A stretch of 22,844 nt of DNA. Origin: Gammaproteobacteria bacterium. GTDB taxonomy: Bacteria; Pseudomonadota; Gammaproteobacteria; UBA4575. Numbering within the stretch: the first letter of the stretch is position 1; each line of letters starts with the position of its first letter. The notes under the pieces are model-generated. The model saw only the letters and a program-made list of their open reading frames with translations, made no database searches and was not told the DNA's origin. The position numbers were made by a program, and so were the translations under genes. The DNA lies in assembly GCA_965221955.1 (NCBI GenBank), contig CBDCTA010000015.1, positions 1-22,844 of the forward strand, read 5' to 3'. Positions 7,587 through 16,331 of the stretch are shown here, piece after piece.

Positions 7587-8492
7587 ATGTCAGAAGAAAG
7601 TATTCTTCCAACAAGTTTCGAAGGGGTAGCAAGCACCATTCAAGATACATTGCTTGATATCTGGTCCAATTTTATTTCTCACACGCCTTACTTAGTAGGC
7701 TCAATAGTTGTCTTAATTGTAACCTGGGGTATTACTAAACTTGTAGGAAAGATAGGTGATCGATTATTTTCAAAATCGAAAATTCGTAAATCTTTACAAG
7801 ATCTCATCATTCGTTTAATAACAATAGCAATTTGGATTTTCGGTTTCTTACTTGCTGCGATGATCGTTTTCCCAGGACTCACGCCTGCAAAAGCGCTAGG
7901 CGGCCTTGGCTTGCTCTCTGTGGCGGTTGGGTTTGCATTCAAAGATATTTTTGAAAACTTTTTTGCCGGAATTTTATTGCTCTGGCGCTATCCGTTTGAA
8001 AATGGTGATTTTATTGAATGCGAGGGGATAGAAGGTCGAATTATTCGCACAGAAATTAGAATGACACTTATAAGAAAAACAACTGGCGAGCTCATCGTCG
8101 TTCCTAATTCATTTTTGTTTAAAAATCCTGTTGATGTATTGACAGATTTGCCTAAACGTCGGGTTACCGTTATGACAGGTGTAGCGTATAGCGAAGACGT
8201 TGCAGAAGCAGTTGAAGTAATTAAGAAGGCTGTGAAGAATTGCAAAACTGTATTGAAGGATGAACCTATACAGATATTTTCCCAAGCTTTTGGATCTAGC
8301 AGTATAGATATTGAGGTTACCTGGTGGACTGATCCTAAACCGGTTGATATCAGAGAGTCACGTAATGAAGTTGTCATTGCAGTCAAGAAAGCTCTGGATG
8401 ATGCAGATATCGAAATCCCATTTCCTTATCGAACTCTCACTTTCAATGAGCCATTAGAAGTTTCTGGTTTAGAAGCAGAATCAAAATCATAA
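7587..8492 (+). CDS. Small-conductance mechanosensitive channel (MscS family)
   Basis: Three TM helices, GGLGLLSVAVGFAFKDIFENFFAG, PFENGDFIE, IVVPNS, GVAYSED and DIEIPFPYR. Confidence 0.93.
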   Translation: MSEESILPTSFEGVASTIQDTLLDIWSNFISHTPYLVGSIVVLIVTWGITKLVGKIGDRLFSKSKIRKSLQDLIIRLITIAIWIFGFLLAAMIVFPGLTPAKALGGLGLLSVAVGFAFKDIFENFFAGILLLWRYPFENGDFIECEGIEGRIIRTEIRMTLIRKTTGELIVVPNSFLFKNPVDVLTDLPKRRVTVMTGVAYSEDVAEAVEVIKKAVKNCKTVLKDEPIQIFSQAFGSSSIDIEVTWWTDPKPVDIRESRNEVVIAVKKALDDADIEIPFPYRTLTFNEPLEVSGLEAESKS

Positions 8493-8563
8493 GAACAGTC
8501 TTACATAGTTTTTCTGGGCAATCTCAGCTAAAGTCCCTAGTAAAATAAAAACAAATTTAGTCT

Positions 8564-10354
8564 ATGTTGCAAGATCCTATCGTCGTCATTGCGGGTATCG
8601 GCGTTGTTGGCACCCTATGTCAGTGGTTAGCCTGGAAAGTCAAACTGCCTTCAATTTTGTTCCTGTTGCTTTCGGGGATATTTTTTGGTCCGGTATTAGG
8701 TTGGTTGAAGCCAGATCAATTGATGGGCGATCTCATGCTGCCTTTTATATCTATTTCTGTAGCCATTATCTTATTTGAGGGTGGTTTAACTCTAAATCTA
8801 AAAGAGATTAAAGGGTACGGTAGCATGGTACGTAATCTCATCACCATCGGTGTTGTGATTACTTGGTTGCTTATTGCTGTATGTGTACATTATATTTTTG
8901 ACCTTAATTGGAACATCGCATTTTTGTTTGGTGCGATAACCGTGGTAACTGGCCCAACAGTCATCAAGCCATTATTACGTGTCGTTAGACCCAAAGCTAA
9001 GATTGATCACATACTTCAATGGGAAGGCATTCTTATTGACCCGATAGGTGCATTTCTTGCACTTTTAGTATTCGAATTTATTTTGTCATCAGAGCCGGGC
9101 CAAGCAATAGAGCATAGTGTTTGGATATTAAGCAAGCTCGTTGTTGCAGGTACGGTAGTAGGAGTAATTAGTGGTTATCTGTTCGGAATTGTTTTAAGAA
9201 ACTATTGGATCCCAGAATATCTTCAGAACATTGTAACGCTAACGGCTGTAATTTTTATTTATACAATTTCTGAACTTATACAACATGAATCTGGGCTCCT
9301 AGCTGCAACGATCATGGGAATGTGGTTGGCAAATATGAAGAATGTACGGATTGAAGAAATTCTAAGTTTTAAAGAAAGCTTGAGTATTTTGTTAATCTCA
9401 TCTTTGTTTATTATTTTAGCCGCGAGGTTGGATTTGTCTTTAATTCCACAGCTGGGTTGGAAAGTCCTTATATTCTTGGCAATTGTGCAATTTATCATTC
9501 GACCTATCAGCGTTTGGATTTGTAGTTTTGGTTCTAAATTAGATTGGCGTGAGCGCTCCTTAATAGGTTGGATATCACCACGAGGAATCGTTGCAGCTGC
9601 AATCTCATCATTGTTTGTAATTCGTTTGCAAGAAAAAAACATCCCTCAAGCAGAAATCATCGTTCCTCTAACGTTTATATTAATTATTGGTACGGTCGTT
9701 TTTCAAAGTATTAGCACTAAATTTATTGCAAATATATTAAAAGTATCTGATCCAGCACCAAATGGAATACTCATCATTGGCGCGAATCGAGTTTCATTAG
9801 CGATCAGTCGTATGTTAAAAAAAATGGATATTTCAACAGTCATTGCAGATGACTCTTGGTCTAATATTAGTAAAGCACGGCTTGAAGGACTACCTGCATA
9901 CTTTGGTAATCCTACATCTGGTCATGCTGATGAACATTTAGATCTTGCAGGAATTGGAAAGATGATTGCACTATCATCAAGTAAAGATATGAATGCTTTA
10001 GCAAGTATGCATTTTCGCTCAGAGTTTGGACAAGACTCTGTTTTTTCGCTAAAAAGCCAAATGAATACTGGTGATATGAATAAGTATGAGCCAGTATCAA
10101 AACATCAACCAAATGCCTTATTTAGCCATAACGTAACTTATGAAGAATTAAGAAAAAGATTGGATGGTGGGGAAAATTTGTCCTCAACTTCGTTAAGCGA
10201 TAAATTTGGTTATGACCAATATTTAGACAAATATTCAGAAAATTCAGTCTTGTTGTTTGCTATCGATACGGATAAAGTGATCCATATTTTCAGCGATATA
10301 GAACGCTTTGCTCCGAGTGAAGGGTGGAGTGTTATACGTATCGGGCCTTCATAA
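8564..10354 (+). CDS. Cation:proton antiporter (CPA1/NhaP-like) with C-terminal TrkA-N-like Rossmann domain
   Basis: Many TM segments, ILFEGGL, VTGPTVI, WEGILIDPIG and PRGIVAAA. C-terminal ILIIGAN...YFGNP. Confidence 0.92.
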   Translation: MLQDPIVVIAGIGVVGTLCQWLAWKVKLPSILFLLLSGIFFGPVLGWLKPDQLMGDLMLPFISISVAIILFEGGLTLNLKEIKGYGSMVRNLITIGVVITWLLIAVCVHYIFDLNWNIAFLFGAITVVTGPTVIKPLLRVVRPKAKIDHILQWEGILIDPIGAFLALLVFEFILSSEPGQAIEHSVWILSKLVVAGTVVGVISGYLFGIVLRNYWIPEYLQNIVTLTAVIFIYTISELIQHESGLLAATIMGMWLANMKNVRIEEILSFKESLSILLISSLFIILAARLDLSLIPQLGWKVLIFLAIVQFIIRPISVWICSFGSKLDWRERSLIGWISPRGIVAAAISSLFVIRLQEKNIPQAEIIVPLTFILIIGTVVFQSISTKFIANILKVSDPAPNGILIIGANRVSLAISRMLKKMDISTVIADDSWSNISKARLEGLPAYFGNPTSGHADEHLDLAGIGKMIALSSSKDMNALASMHFRSEFGQDSVFSLKSQMNTGDMNKYEPVSKHQPNALFSHNVTYEELRKRLDGGENLSSTSLSDKFGYDQYLDKYSENSVLLFAIDTDKVIHIFSDIERFAPSEGWSVIRIGPS

Positions 10355-10378
10355 TTTAAAATAAGAATAAAATTCTCT

Positions 10379-11557
10379 ATGGCAGTCGAAAATGATTTAT
10401 ACCGCCAAGCGATAGCTAAACGGCTTGATTCAAGCAGTTCTGAGATTGCTGATGAGTGGTTAAAGCGTCTCGACGAAATAATAGATGAACAAACTCGGGA
10501 TATATTTCCTACCGATTTGCTGCTGGACCATATACCGTCACTTATACAAGAAATTGCAAAAATAATTGAATCTCCTCAGAACGATCTCGCTGTCTCAAGT
10601 TCACTAATTGCACGTAAGGCTAAAAGTCTTGGTGAGCTGCGGCATGAGCAAAATGCTTCTGTTCACCAATTATTACGTGAATATGATGTGTTGGCTAAGA
10701 TTCTAGAAGAATTCATTATTCAAGAATCAGAAAAATATGATGGAGAAATACAATATCAAGATTCAATCCATGTAATGTCAAACGTTGCCCATGTTGTACG
10801 TATGATTTTACAAGCGACCGTGGATACATTTATCGAAAAGTATATGGAAAAAATAGACTCGCAAACCGATCGCTTAGTTGAGTTCAATAAGTTTTTAAGT
10901 CATGAACTAAAAAATCCTATGCAAGCGGCGTTATTAAACAGTGAACTTTTGTTAGATGGAAAATCTTTAGAAGATAAAGAAACAAAAGAAATACTTGCTG
11001 TTAAAACAAGTATTCAACAAGCAGTCCTTTTGCTCAGAAATATTGAACAAGTTTCCAAAGTAGACAATGAAGATAGTGCGAGCCCAATTATACAAGAGGT
11101 AGATATTGTTAACGTTGTGAATAATATATCAATGCAACTTGAAGAGATGTTAAATGGAAATGGTATAGAGTTAAAGATTAAAAATGATCTTGGCAAAATC
11201 ACCTTAGAAATCGCAAAGCTTGAATTAATTTTGACAAATATAATCACTAATGCAGTTAAATATAGTGACCTGCGCAAAGATGATAAGTATATTCATGTTG
11301 AGCGAATACAAAGTGAGGATGACCAATTAATTCTTATGATTTCCGATAATGGTCTGGGCATTGATGATGATATGCATGAAGAAGTATTTAAGCTTCGCGT
11401 ACGGGCACATGAAGATACAGATGAAGGAAAAAATATAGAAGGCCATGGGCTGGGTCTATATTTGGCGCAAGAGGCGGCAGAAAACCTTCGAGGCACGATA
11501 AGTTTGGAGTCAAAAGTTGGTGAGGGCTCTAAATTTATTATTAAACTACCCAAATAG
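10379..11557 (+). CDS. Soluble sensor histidine kinase with helical RsbRD-N-like N-terminal domain
   Basis: H-box LSHELKNPM, N-box NIITNAVKYS, G1 DNGLGI and G2 GHGLGL. No TM segment. The N-terminus (IADEWLKRL...LLDHIPSLIQEI...LGELRHEQ...QLLREYDVL) resembles RsbRD_N. Confidence 0.9.
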   Translation: MAVENDLYRQAIAKRLDSSSSEIADEWLKRLDEIIDEQTRDIFPTDLLLDHIPSLIQEIAKIIESPQNDLAVSSSLIARKAKSLGELRHEQNASVHQLLREYDVLAKILEEFIIQESEKYDGEIQYQDSIHVMSNVAHVVRMILQATVDTFIEKYMEKIDSQTDRLVEFNKFLSHELKNPMQAALLNSELLLDGKSLEDKETKEILAVKTSIQQAVLLLRNIEQVSKVDNEDSASPIIQEVDIVNVVNNISMQLEEMLNGNGIELKIKNDLGKITLEIAKLELILTNIITNAVKYSDLRKDDKYIHVERIQSEDDQLILMISDNGLGIDDDMHEEVFKLRVRAHEDTDEGKNIEGHGLGLYLAQEAAENLRGTISLESKVGEGSKFIIKLPK

Positions 11558-11568
11558 TCACACTAAAC

Positions 11569-11591
11569 ATGGGAGGTTACAACCCTCCCAT
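11569..11591. terminator. Hairpin / probable terminator between convergent kinase and csbD genes
   Basis: ATGGGAGGTT-AC-AACCCTCCCAT stem with one bulge, followed by TTCATTT. Confidence 0.6.
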
Positions 11592-11603
11592 TTCATTTCA
11601 AAA

Positions 11604-11801
11604 TTAGATATCGGCTTTAAAAGTATTAACTTGAAGCTCAGCTTCTTCTTTGCTGATACCATATTGTTCCTGTATTTTGCCTATTAAAATTTCTCGGTCA
11701 CCCTGAATCTGATCTAAATGATCATCAGTTAATTCTCCCCATTGTTTTTGAATATGACCTTTGAGTTGGGTCCAATTTCCTTTTAATTGCTCAGAATTCA
11801 T
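11604..11801 (-). CDS. csbD: CsbD/YjbJ-family general stress protein
   Basis: MNSEQLKGNWTQLKGHIQKQWGELTDDHLDQIQGDREILIGKIQEQYG is the classic CsbD signature. AGGAG RBS. Confidence 0.95.
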   Translation of the reverse strand: MNSEQLKGNWTQLKGHIQKQWGELTDDHLDQIQGDREILIGKIQEQYGISKEEAELQVNTFKADI

Positions 11802-11861
11802 TATCTATCTCCTGTTCGTTAGTGTAATGCACAGTTATGTGTGCGTTTCACTAGGTATTGG

Positions 11862-11878
11862 TGCAATACCTATGCCAA
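11862..11878 (-). promoter_or_regulatory. Sigma54 (-24/-12) promoter TTGGCATAGGTATTGCA for csbD
   Basis: The minus strand reads TGGCAT-N5-TTGCA, one base from consensus, 60 bp upstream of the ATG. Confidence 0.8.
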
Positions 11879-11920
11879 AATATATAAAATTGATGAACAA
11901 ATCATGTTAATACTGAACAA

Positions 11921-11935
11921 TTGTAATCATTACAA
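11921..11935. promoter_or_regulatory. Palindromic box TTGTAA-TCA-TTACAA (perfect copy)
   Basis: Read directly. Lies 42 bp upstream of the csbD sigma54 promoter. Confidence 0.8.
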
Positions 11936-11997
11936 TAATTATTCAGTAGAAATTGATTTTGAAAAATAGAGATTTTCGATTTAAATTAATCGATTCA

Positions 11998-12342
11998 TTA
12001 AACGTTCACATCATCACCTGCATAATTTGCCATATACGCTTTTGCTTCTTCTCCAGGATTAGGCAAACCGGCTACTTTCCATGCAATCAACATATTTGGA
12101 AATGAATTTGGTATGCAAAGTTTTTCACGATCTATTTCTTCACAGACTTCACGTGTTGGAGGAGGGGTGTGATGTTCGATGTAATAATCACGTAGCATCT
12201 CGATTATTTCCCACTGTTCGGCCGAAAGATTCTCAATGTTTTCATCTTTGGCTATGATCATTGCCAAATCTTTTGACCAACGTTCTTGATTGACCATGAA
12301 GCCATCCTGGTCAACATCAGTGAGATGCTGTGGTGAATTCAT
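11998..12342 (-). CDS. TusE/DsrC/DsvC-family protein lacking the C-terminal catalytic cysteine
   Basis: DQDGFMVNQERWSKDLA..IAKDENI..LSAEQWEIIEMLRDYY...FP...AWKVAGLPNP. It ends GEEAKAYMANYAGDDVNV instead of the usual P-x-x-C-x terminus. GAGG RBS. Confidence 0.85.
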   Translation of the reverse strand: MNSPQHLTDVDQDGFMVNQERWSKDLAMIIAKDENIENLSAEQWEIIEMLRDYYIEHHTPPPTREVCEEIDREKLCIPNSFPNMLIAWKVAGLPNPGEEAKAYMANYAGDDVNV

Positions 12343-12473
12343 ACATTTATACCTCTTGCATATGAAATTTGCCTTGCTTCACAATAATGAATATTTTCAA
12401 GAACGCCTTCATCTGTGGCCAACGTTTCTATAGCTGTAGAGGTTAGAATATTTTTTTAATAAATTTGAGTTAT

Positions 12474-12488
12474 TTGCAATATTTACAA
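12474..12488. promoter_or_regulatory. Palindromic box TTGCAA-TAT-TTACAA (one mismatch)
   Basis: Read directly. Lies between the divergent TusE-like gene and the sigma54 activator gene. Confidence 0.65.
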
Positions 12489-12653
12489 TAAAAGCCATTG
12501 TTCAGAAAAGCTCTAATTATCATGTATTTAGAGAAACATTATAGAGACCTGATTATTTATGTATCTATATTATTGAATTAAAACATTCTATAACCAGAAC
12601 TACTCCGATATAGTAGTTGTCCATAACTTGTCAAAATAACAAGATGGTTTAAC

Positions 12654-13994
12654 ATGAATGACTATGCCATTGTCGTAGATGACGACTCTAGCACTACATC
12701 TGCACTTTCAAGGATCATAAAAGATCAAGGCTATACAGTAGACGTAGCTGATTGTGTGCAGTCTGCAAAAAAACTCTATGCGCACAAAAAGCCTGGATTA
12801 ATGATTGTCGATGTCATGCTACCAGATGGAAATGGTGTTGAGCTGATTCAGGAATTACAAAGCGACCCGTCGGTAAAATTTGTCGTAATTTCTGGGCATG
12901 CATCCATCAAAATTGTCATAGATGCATTTAAAGCCAGTGCTATAGATTTTCTCGAAAAACCATTTAATTTGAGAGAAATTAGAAATCTTCTAAAAAATGT
13001 AGCAACGAAAGCTTCAACAAAACCTAGTTTTCTCCAACAAGCTAAACCATCTATTCAAAGTTTTCCTAAACTTTTGGGGCAATCTTTAGTTATAGATAAA
13101 CTTAAAAATACTATTTCTCAAATTTCGAAATCGACTGCGAGTGTATTTTTATTAGGTGAAAGTGGCGTTGGTAAAGAAGTAGTTGCTCAAATTATACATC
13201 AACATAGTGAGCGATTAGGAAATTTTGTTACTGTTAATTGCGGTGCAATTACAGCCGAGCTAGCAGCAAGTGAATTTTTTGGCCATGAAAAGGGAAGTTT
13301 CACTGGTGCAAATAGTCGTCATATAGGTCATTTTGAAAATGCTAATGGTGGAACCATATTGCTAGATGAGATAACAGAAATGCCGGTAGAGACTCAGGTG
13401 CATTTATTACGTGTGCTTGAATCTTCAAAAATCAGAAGATTAGGTGGAAAGCATGAAATTGATATTGATGTCCGTGTTGTTGCAGCATCAAATAGAAATC
13501 TCGAGAGGGCGATCGAGGAAGGAAAATTGAGAGAGGATCTGTATTTTCGTCTTGCTGAATTTCCAATTGAAATACCACCATTAAGAGAGCGTGGCAAAGA
13601 TGTTTTATTGATCGCAGAAGACATTCTTAATTATCTAAATCATACATATGATGCAACTAAGGTGTTTACAAGAGAAGCTAGAACGTTGCTATTAAACTAT
13701 TCCTGGCCCGGAAATGTTCGTGAATTAAAAAATATTGTGCATCGCGCTTTTTTACAATCTGGAAATGAAATTGACTGTAAAATTATATCTTCTGAAAATG
13801 AAACTAATCTCAAATCAGGCGACTCCATGCCAGTAATTAATACAACGGGAATGATAGGTAAAACATTTTGGCAAATTGAAAAAGAATTAATATTCGCCAC
13901 ATTAGAACATCATGATGGGGACAAAGAACAGACTGCTAAAACGCTTGGAATTAGCTTAAAAACACTATATAACCGCTTGCATGCATACAGCTAA
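12654..13994 (+). CDS. Sigma54-dependent two-component response regulator (NtrC family: REC-AAA+-Fis HTH)
   Basis: REC (VVDDD, IVDVMLPDGNG, EKP), Walker A GESGVGKE, GSFTGA loop, Walker B ILLDEI, REDLYFRL, WPGNVREL and HTH TAKTLGISLKTLYNRL. Confidence 0.96.
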   Translation: MNDYAIVVDDDSSTTSALSRIIKDQGYTVDVADCVQSAKKLYAHKKPGLMIVDVMLPDGNGVELIQELQSDPSVKFVVISGHASIKIVIDAFKASAIDFLEKPFNLREIRNLLKNVATKASTKPSFLQQAKPSIQSFPKLLGQSLVIDKLKNTISQISKSTASVFLLGESGVGKEVVAQIIHQHSERLGNFVTVNCGAITAELAASEFFGHEKGSFTGANSRHIGHFENANGGTILLDEITEMPVETQVHLLRVLESSKIRRLGGKHEIDIDVRVVAASNRNLERAIEEGKLREDLYFRLAEFPIEIPPLRERGKDVLLIAEDILNYLNHTYDATKVFTREARTLLLNYSWPGNVRELKNIVHRAFLQSGNEIDCKIISSENETNLKSGDSMPVINTTGMIGKTFWQIEKELIFATLEHHDGDKEQTAKTLGISLKTLYNRLHAYS

Positions 13995-14071
13995 GTAATC
14001 ATTATTTAAGATTATTATTTTTCAATAACTATACTTTCAAAGTCTAGAAAGTATTAAAATTTGAAACGTTT

Positions 14072-14515
14072 ATGGATGATAATGGTCTTTCTTTAATTTC
14101 GGTCGACTTTGCGCTAATACTTAAGCACTTAATAACTATTGGAATTGCTTACCTGATCTCGTTGCCCATTGCATGGGATCGGGAAACAGAGGCAAAAAGT
14201 GCGGGTCTGCGTACATTTCCTATTGTTGCTGTAGCAACATGTGGCTTCACGCTTTTAGGTATAGAAGTTCTTCCCGATACCAATGCCCAAGCGCGTGTTC
14301 TTCAAGGAATTATAACTGGAATTGGATTTATCGGCGGCGGGGCAATTTTGAAAAAACAGGATGGCACATCCGGCACTGCTACTGCGGCAAGTTTATGGAA
14401 CACAGGTGCAATCGGTATTGCAGTGGCATTTGGGCGGATTGAAATCGCAATCACTTTAAGTCTTATTAATTTTATAACTCTACGTTATATAAAAAAGCTA
14501 AAGGCAAATAAATAA
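14072..14515 (+). CDS. MgtC/SapB-family membrane protein
   Basis: WDRE...SAGLRTFPIV, ARVLQGIITGIGFIGGGAILK and GTATAASLWNTGAIG. Confidence 0.93.
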   Translation: MDDNGLSLISVDFALILKHLITIGIAYLISLPIAWDRETEAKSAGLRTFPIVAVATCGFTLLGIEVLPDTNAQARVLQGIITGIGFIGGGAILKKQDGTSGTATAASLWNTGAIGIAVAFGRIEIAITLSLINFITLRYIKKLKANK

Positions 14516-14524
14516 GAAATGTAT

Positions 14525-14539
14525 TTGTAAGATTTACAA
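14525..14539. promoter_or_regulatory. Palindromic box TTGTAA-GAT-TTACAA (perfect copy)
   Basis: Read directly. Lies ~108 bp upstream of the entericidin start. Confidence 0.8.
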
Positions 14540-14646
14540 CTCAGTTTTATTTGTTGAAAAATTTTCTATGAATACTCATTGATCCTTTACTTATACTTAA
14601 GAAGTGCAATCAATTAATAATTTATAGAAATTTTCAGGAGATTATG

Positions 14647-14790
14647 ATGCGTTTACTATCAACAAGTATAATTTTGTTCATTTGTATTTTCACGCTTAAT
14701 GCATGCAATACAACAAAAGGTGTTGGGCAAGATATCGAAGCTGCGGGTGAAGCGATTGAAAAGAAAGCTAAAAAAGAAGGTGCTGAGTAA
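14647..14790 (+). CDS. Entericidin EcnA/B-family lipoprotein (47 aa)
   Basis: Manual translation MRLLSTSIILFICIFTLNACNTTKGVGQDIEAAGEAIEKKAKKEGAE, with lipobox LNAC and the NTxxGxGxDI motif. AGGAG RBS; alternative ATG at 14644. Not in the ORF track. Confidence 0.92.
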   Translation: MRLLSTSIILFICIFTLNACNTTKGVGQDIEAAGEAIEKKAKKEGAE

Positions 14791-14814
14791 AATTACTACT
14801 AAATCATATTAACT

Positions 14815-16179
14815 TTATTTTATATATACCGTTTTAATATTAACGAACTCTCTGAGTCCTAATTCGGAGAGTTCTCGTCCATATCCAGATTTTTTGATGC
14901 CACCAAATGGTAGGCGAGGGTCGCTTTTGACCATCTCATTCACAAATGTTGCGCCTGCTTGAAGGTTTTCTGCATACTTTTTAGCTTTTTTAGTGTTACG
15001 GGACCAAATACTGCTTCCCAAACCATAACGACTATCATTTGCTAATTTGATCGCTTCATCTATATTTCTAACCCTTATCATTGATGCCACAGGACCAAAT
15101 ACTTCTTCTTCATATGCTCTCATACCGGGCTTTACATGGTCTAGAATTGTTGCAGGATAGTAGTAACCTGGTCTTGATGAAATTTTTCCTCCAAGTATTA
15201 GTTTCGCGCCAAAACGAATTGATGAATTAACTTGCTTGTGTACTGTATTGCGTAAATCACTACGTGCCATTGGTCCCAGGTAAGTTTTTTCTTTTTGTGG
15301 ATTTCCTATATTAAGTGATTTGGTTTTTTCAACAAATCGCTCGATGAATTCATCTGCAATACATTCATCCAAAATAAATCGTTTTGCTGCAATACAACTT
15401 TGCCCAGTATTCTGATAGCGTGCCTTGATTCCTACTTCAATAGCACGTTCCAAATCAGCATCCGGGAGTACGATAAATGCATCTGAACCGCCGAGCTCCA
15501 TAACTGCTTTTTTGATGTTCGCACCTGCTTTAGCCCCAATCTTGCTGCCAGCCTTTTCACTGCCTGTTAGCGTTACAGCATGTATACGTTCATCACTAAG
15601 TAACTTTTCAGTGCCTTTGCCAGAGATTAGAATTGTCCTAAATACATTTTTAGGAAAACCGGAATCGATAAAGACTTTTTCGATTGCCAGTGCACAATTA
15701 GGTACGTTAGAAGCATGCTTTAGTACGGCAGTATTTCCTGCGACAAGTGCAGGTGCCGCAAATCTAAATACTTGCCAAAACGGGTAATTCCAAGGCATTA
15801 CTGCCAGTACTGTTCCAAGCGGTTTATACTGTACAAAGCTATCAGTAGCATCAGATGGATAACTATTGTCAGCTAATATGTGGTTCCCATTAGTAGCATA
15901 GTGTTCACAAACAATTGCACATTTTTCTATCTCGGCAACCGCTTGCGTAATGGGTTTTCCCATCTCAATTGTGATCAATTTAGCCAGCTCATTCTTTTTC
16001 TTTTTGAGAACTTTACCAGCACGTCTCATACATTTAGAACGTGATCTAATTGAAGTTTGCTGCCAATCAATAGAGGCTCGTGTTACGTCTTTCAAGATTT
16101 TATCGAGCTTCTTATCGTTAAACTCAGAATATGTCTTAGTAGTTTTTTCTGTTGCAGGATTAATTGTTGAAATGGTCAT
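14815..16179 (-). CDS. NAD(P)-dependent succinate-semialdehyde dehydrogenase-like aldehyde dehydrogenase (GabD1/Sad type)
   Basis: MPWNYPFWQVFRFAAP, LKHASNVP, TGSEKAG, catalytic ELGGSD and NTGQSCIA, EEVFGPV, PFGGIKKSGYGRELS. Confidence 0.92.
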   Translation of the reverse strand: MTISTINPATEKTTKTYSEFNDKKLDKILKDVTRASIDWQQTSIRSRSKCMRRAGKVLKKKKNELAKLITIEMGKPITQAVAEIEKCAIVCEHYATNGNHILADNSYPSDATDSFVQYKPLGTVLAVMPWNYPFWQVFRFAAPALVAGNTAVLKHASNVPNCALAIEKVFIDSGFPKNVFRTILISGKGTEKLLSDERIHAVTLTGSEKAGSKIGAKAGANIKKAVMELGGSDAFIVLPDADLERAIEVGIKARYQNTGQSCIAAKRFILDECIADEFIERFVEKTKSLNIGNPQKEKTYLGPMARSDLRNTVHKQVNSSIRFGAKLILGGKISSRPGYYYPATILDHVKPGMRAYEEEVFGPVASMIRVRNIDEAIKLANDSRYGLGSSIWSRNTKKAKKYAENLQAGATFVNEMVKSDPRLPFGGIKKSGYGRELSELGLREFVNIKTVYIK

Positions 16180-16251
16180 TAAATGTTCTCAGCTCATATG
16201 TAATAATCTTTTATGTTTAACTAACTATTGTTCAGCATCAATGAAATATAA

Positions 16252-16266
16252 TTGTAAATATTACAA
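16252..16266. promoter_or_regulatory. Palindromic box TTGTAA-ATA-TTACAA (perfect copy)
   Basis: Read directly. Lies centrally between the divergent aldehyde dehydrogenase and 103-aa genes. Confidence 0.8.
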
Positions 16267-16331
16267 AACGATTTGATTTATGATGTCTCAGTTTTATAGT
16301 TTTCTATTTAGATACCATTAAGGGTTATATT

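Noticed and set aside
7988-8386. Antisense and overlapping ORFs in the track (e.g. 7988..8386, 9259..9642, 15425..15787, 16892..17215, 19390..19707, 20342..20638)
   Set aside because: They lie opposite or inside well-supported genes and show no recognisable motifs, so they are shadow frames.
12405-12422. Possible sigma54 promoter for the TusE-like gene (minus strand TTGGCCACAGATGAAGGC)
   Set aside because: Spacing is GG-N12-GC, which is incompatible with sigma54.
12598-12618. Inverted repeat AACTACT-N7-AGTAGTT upstream of the sigma54 activator
   Set aside because: Single occurrence with 7-bp arms in AT-rich DNA, not distinguishable from chance without comparative data.
14647-14790. Entericidin as a toxin-antitoxin pair
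   Set aside because: Only one EcnA/B-family gene is present, with no second lipoprotein ORF beside it. Solitary copies are common in stress clusters.
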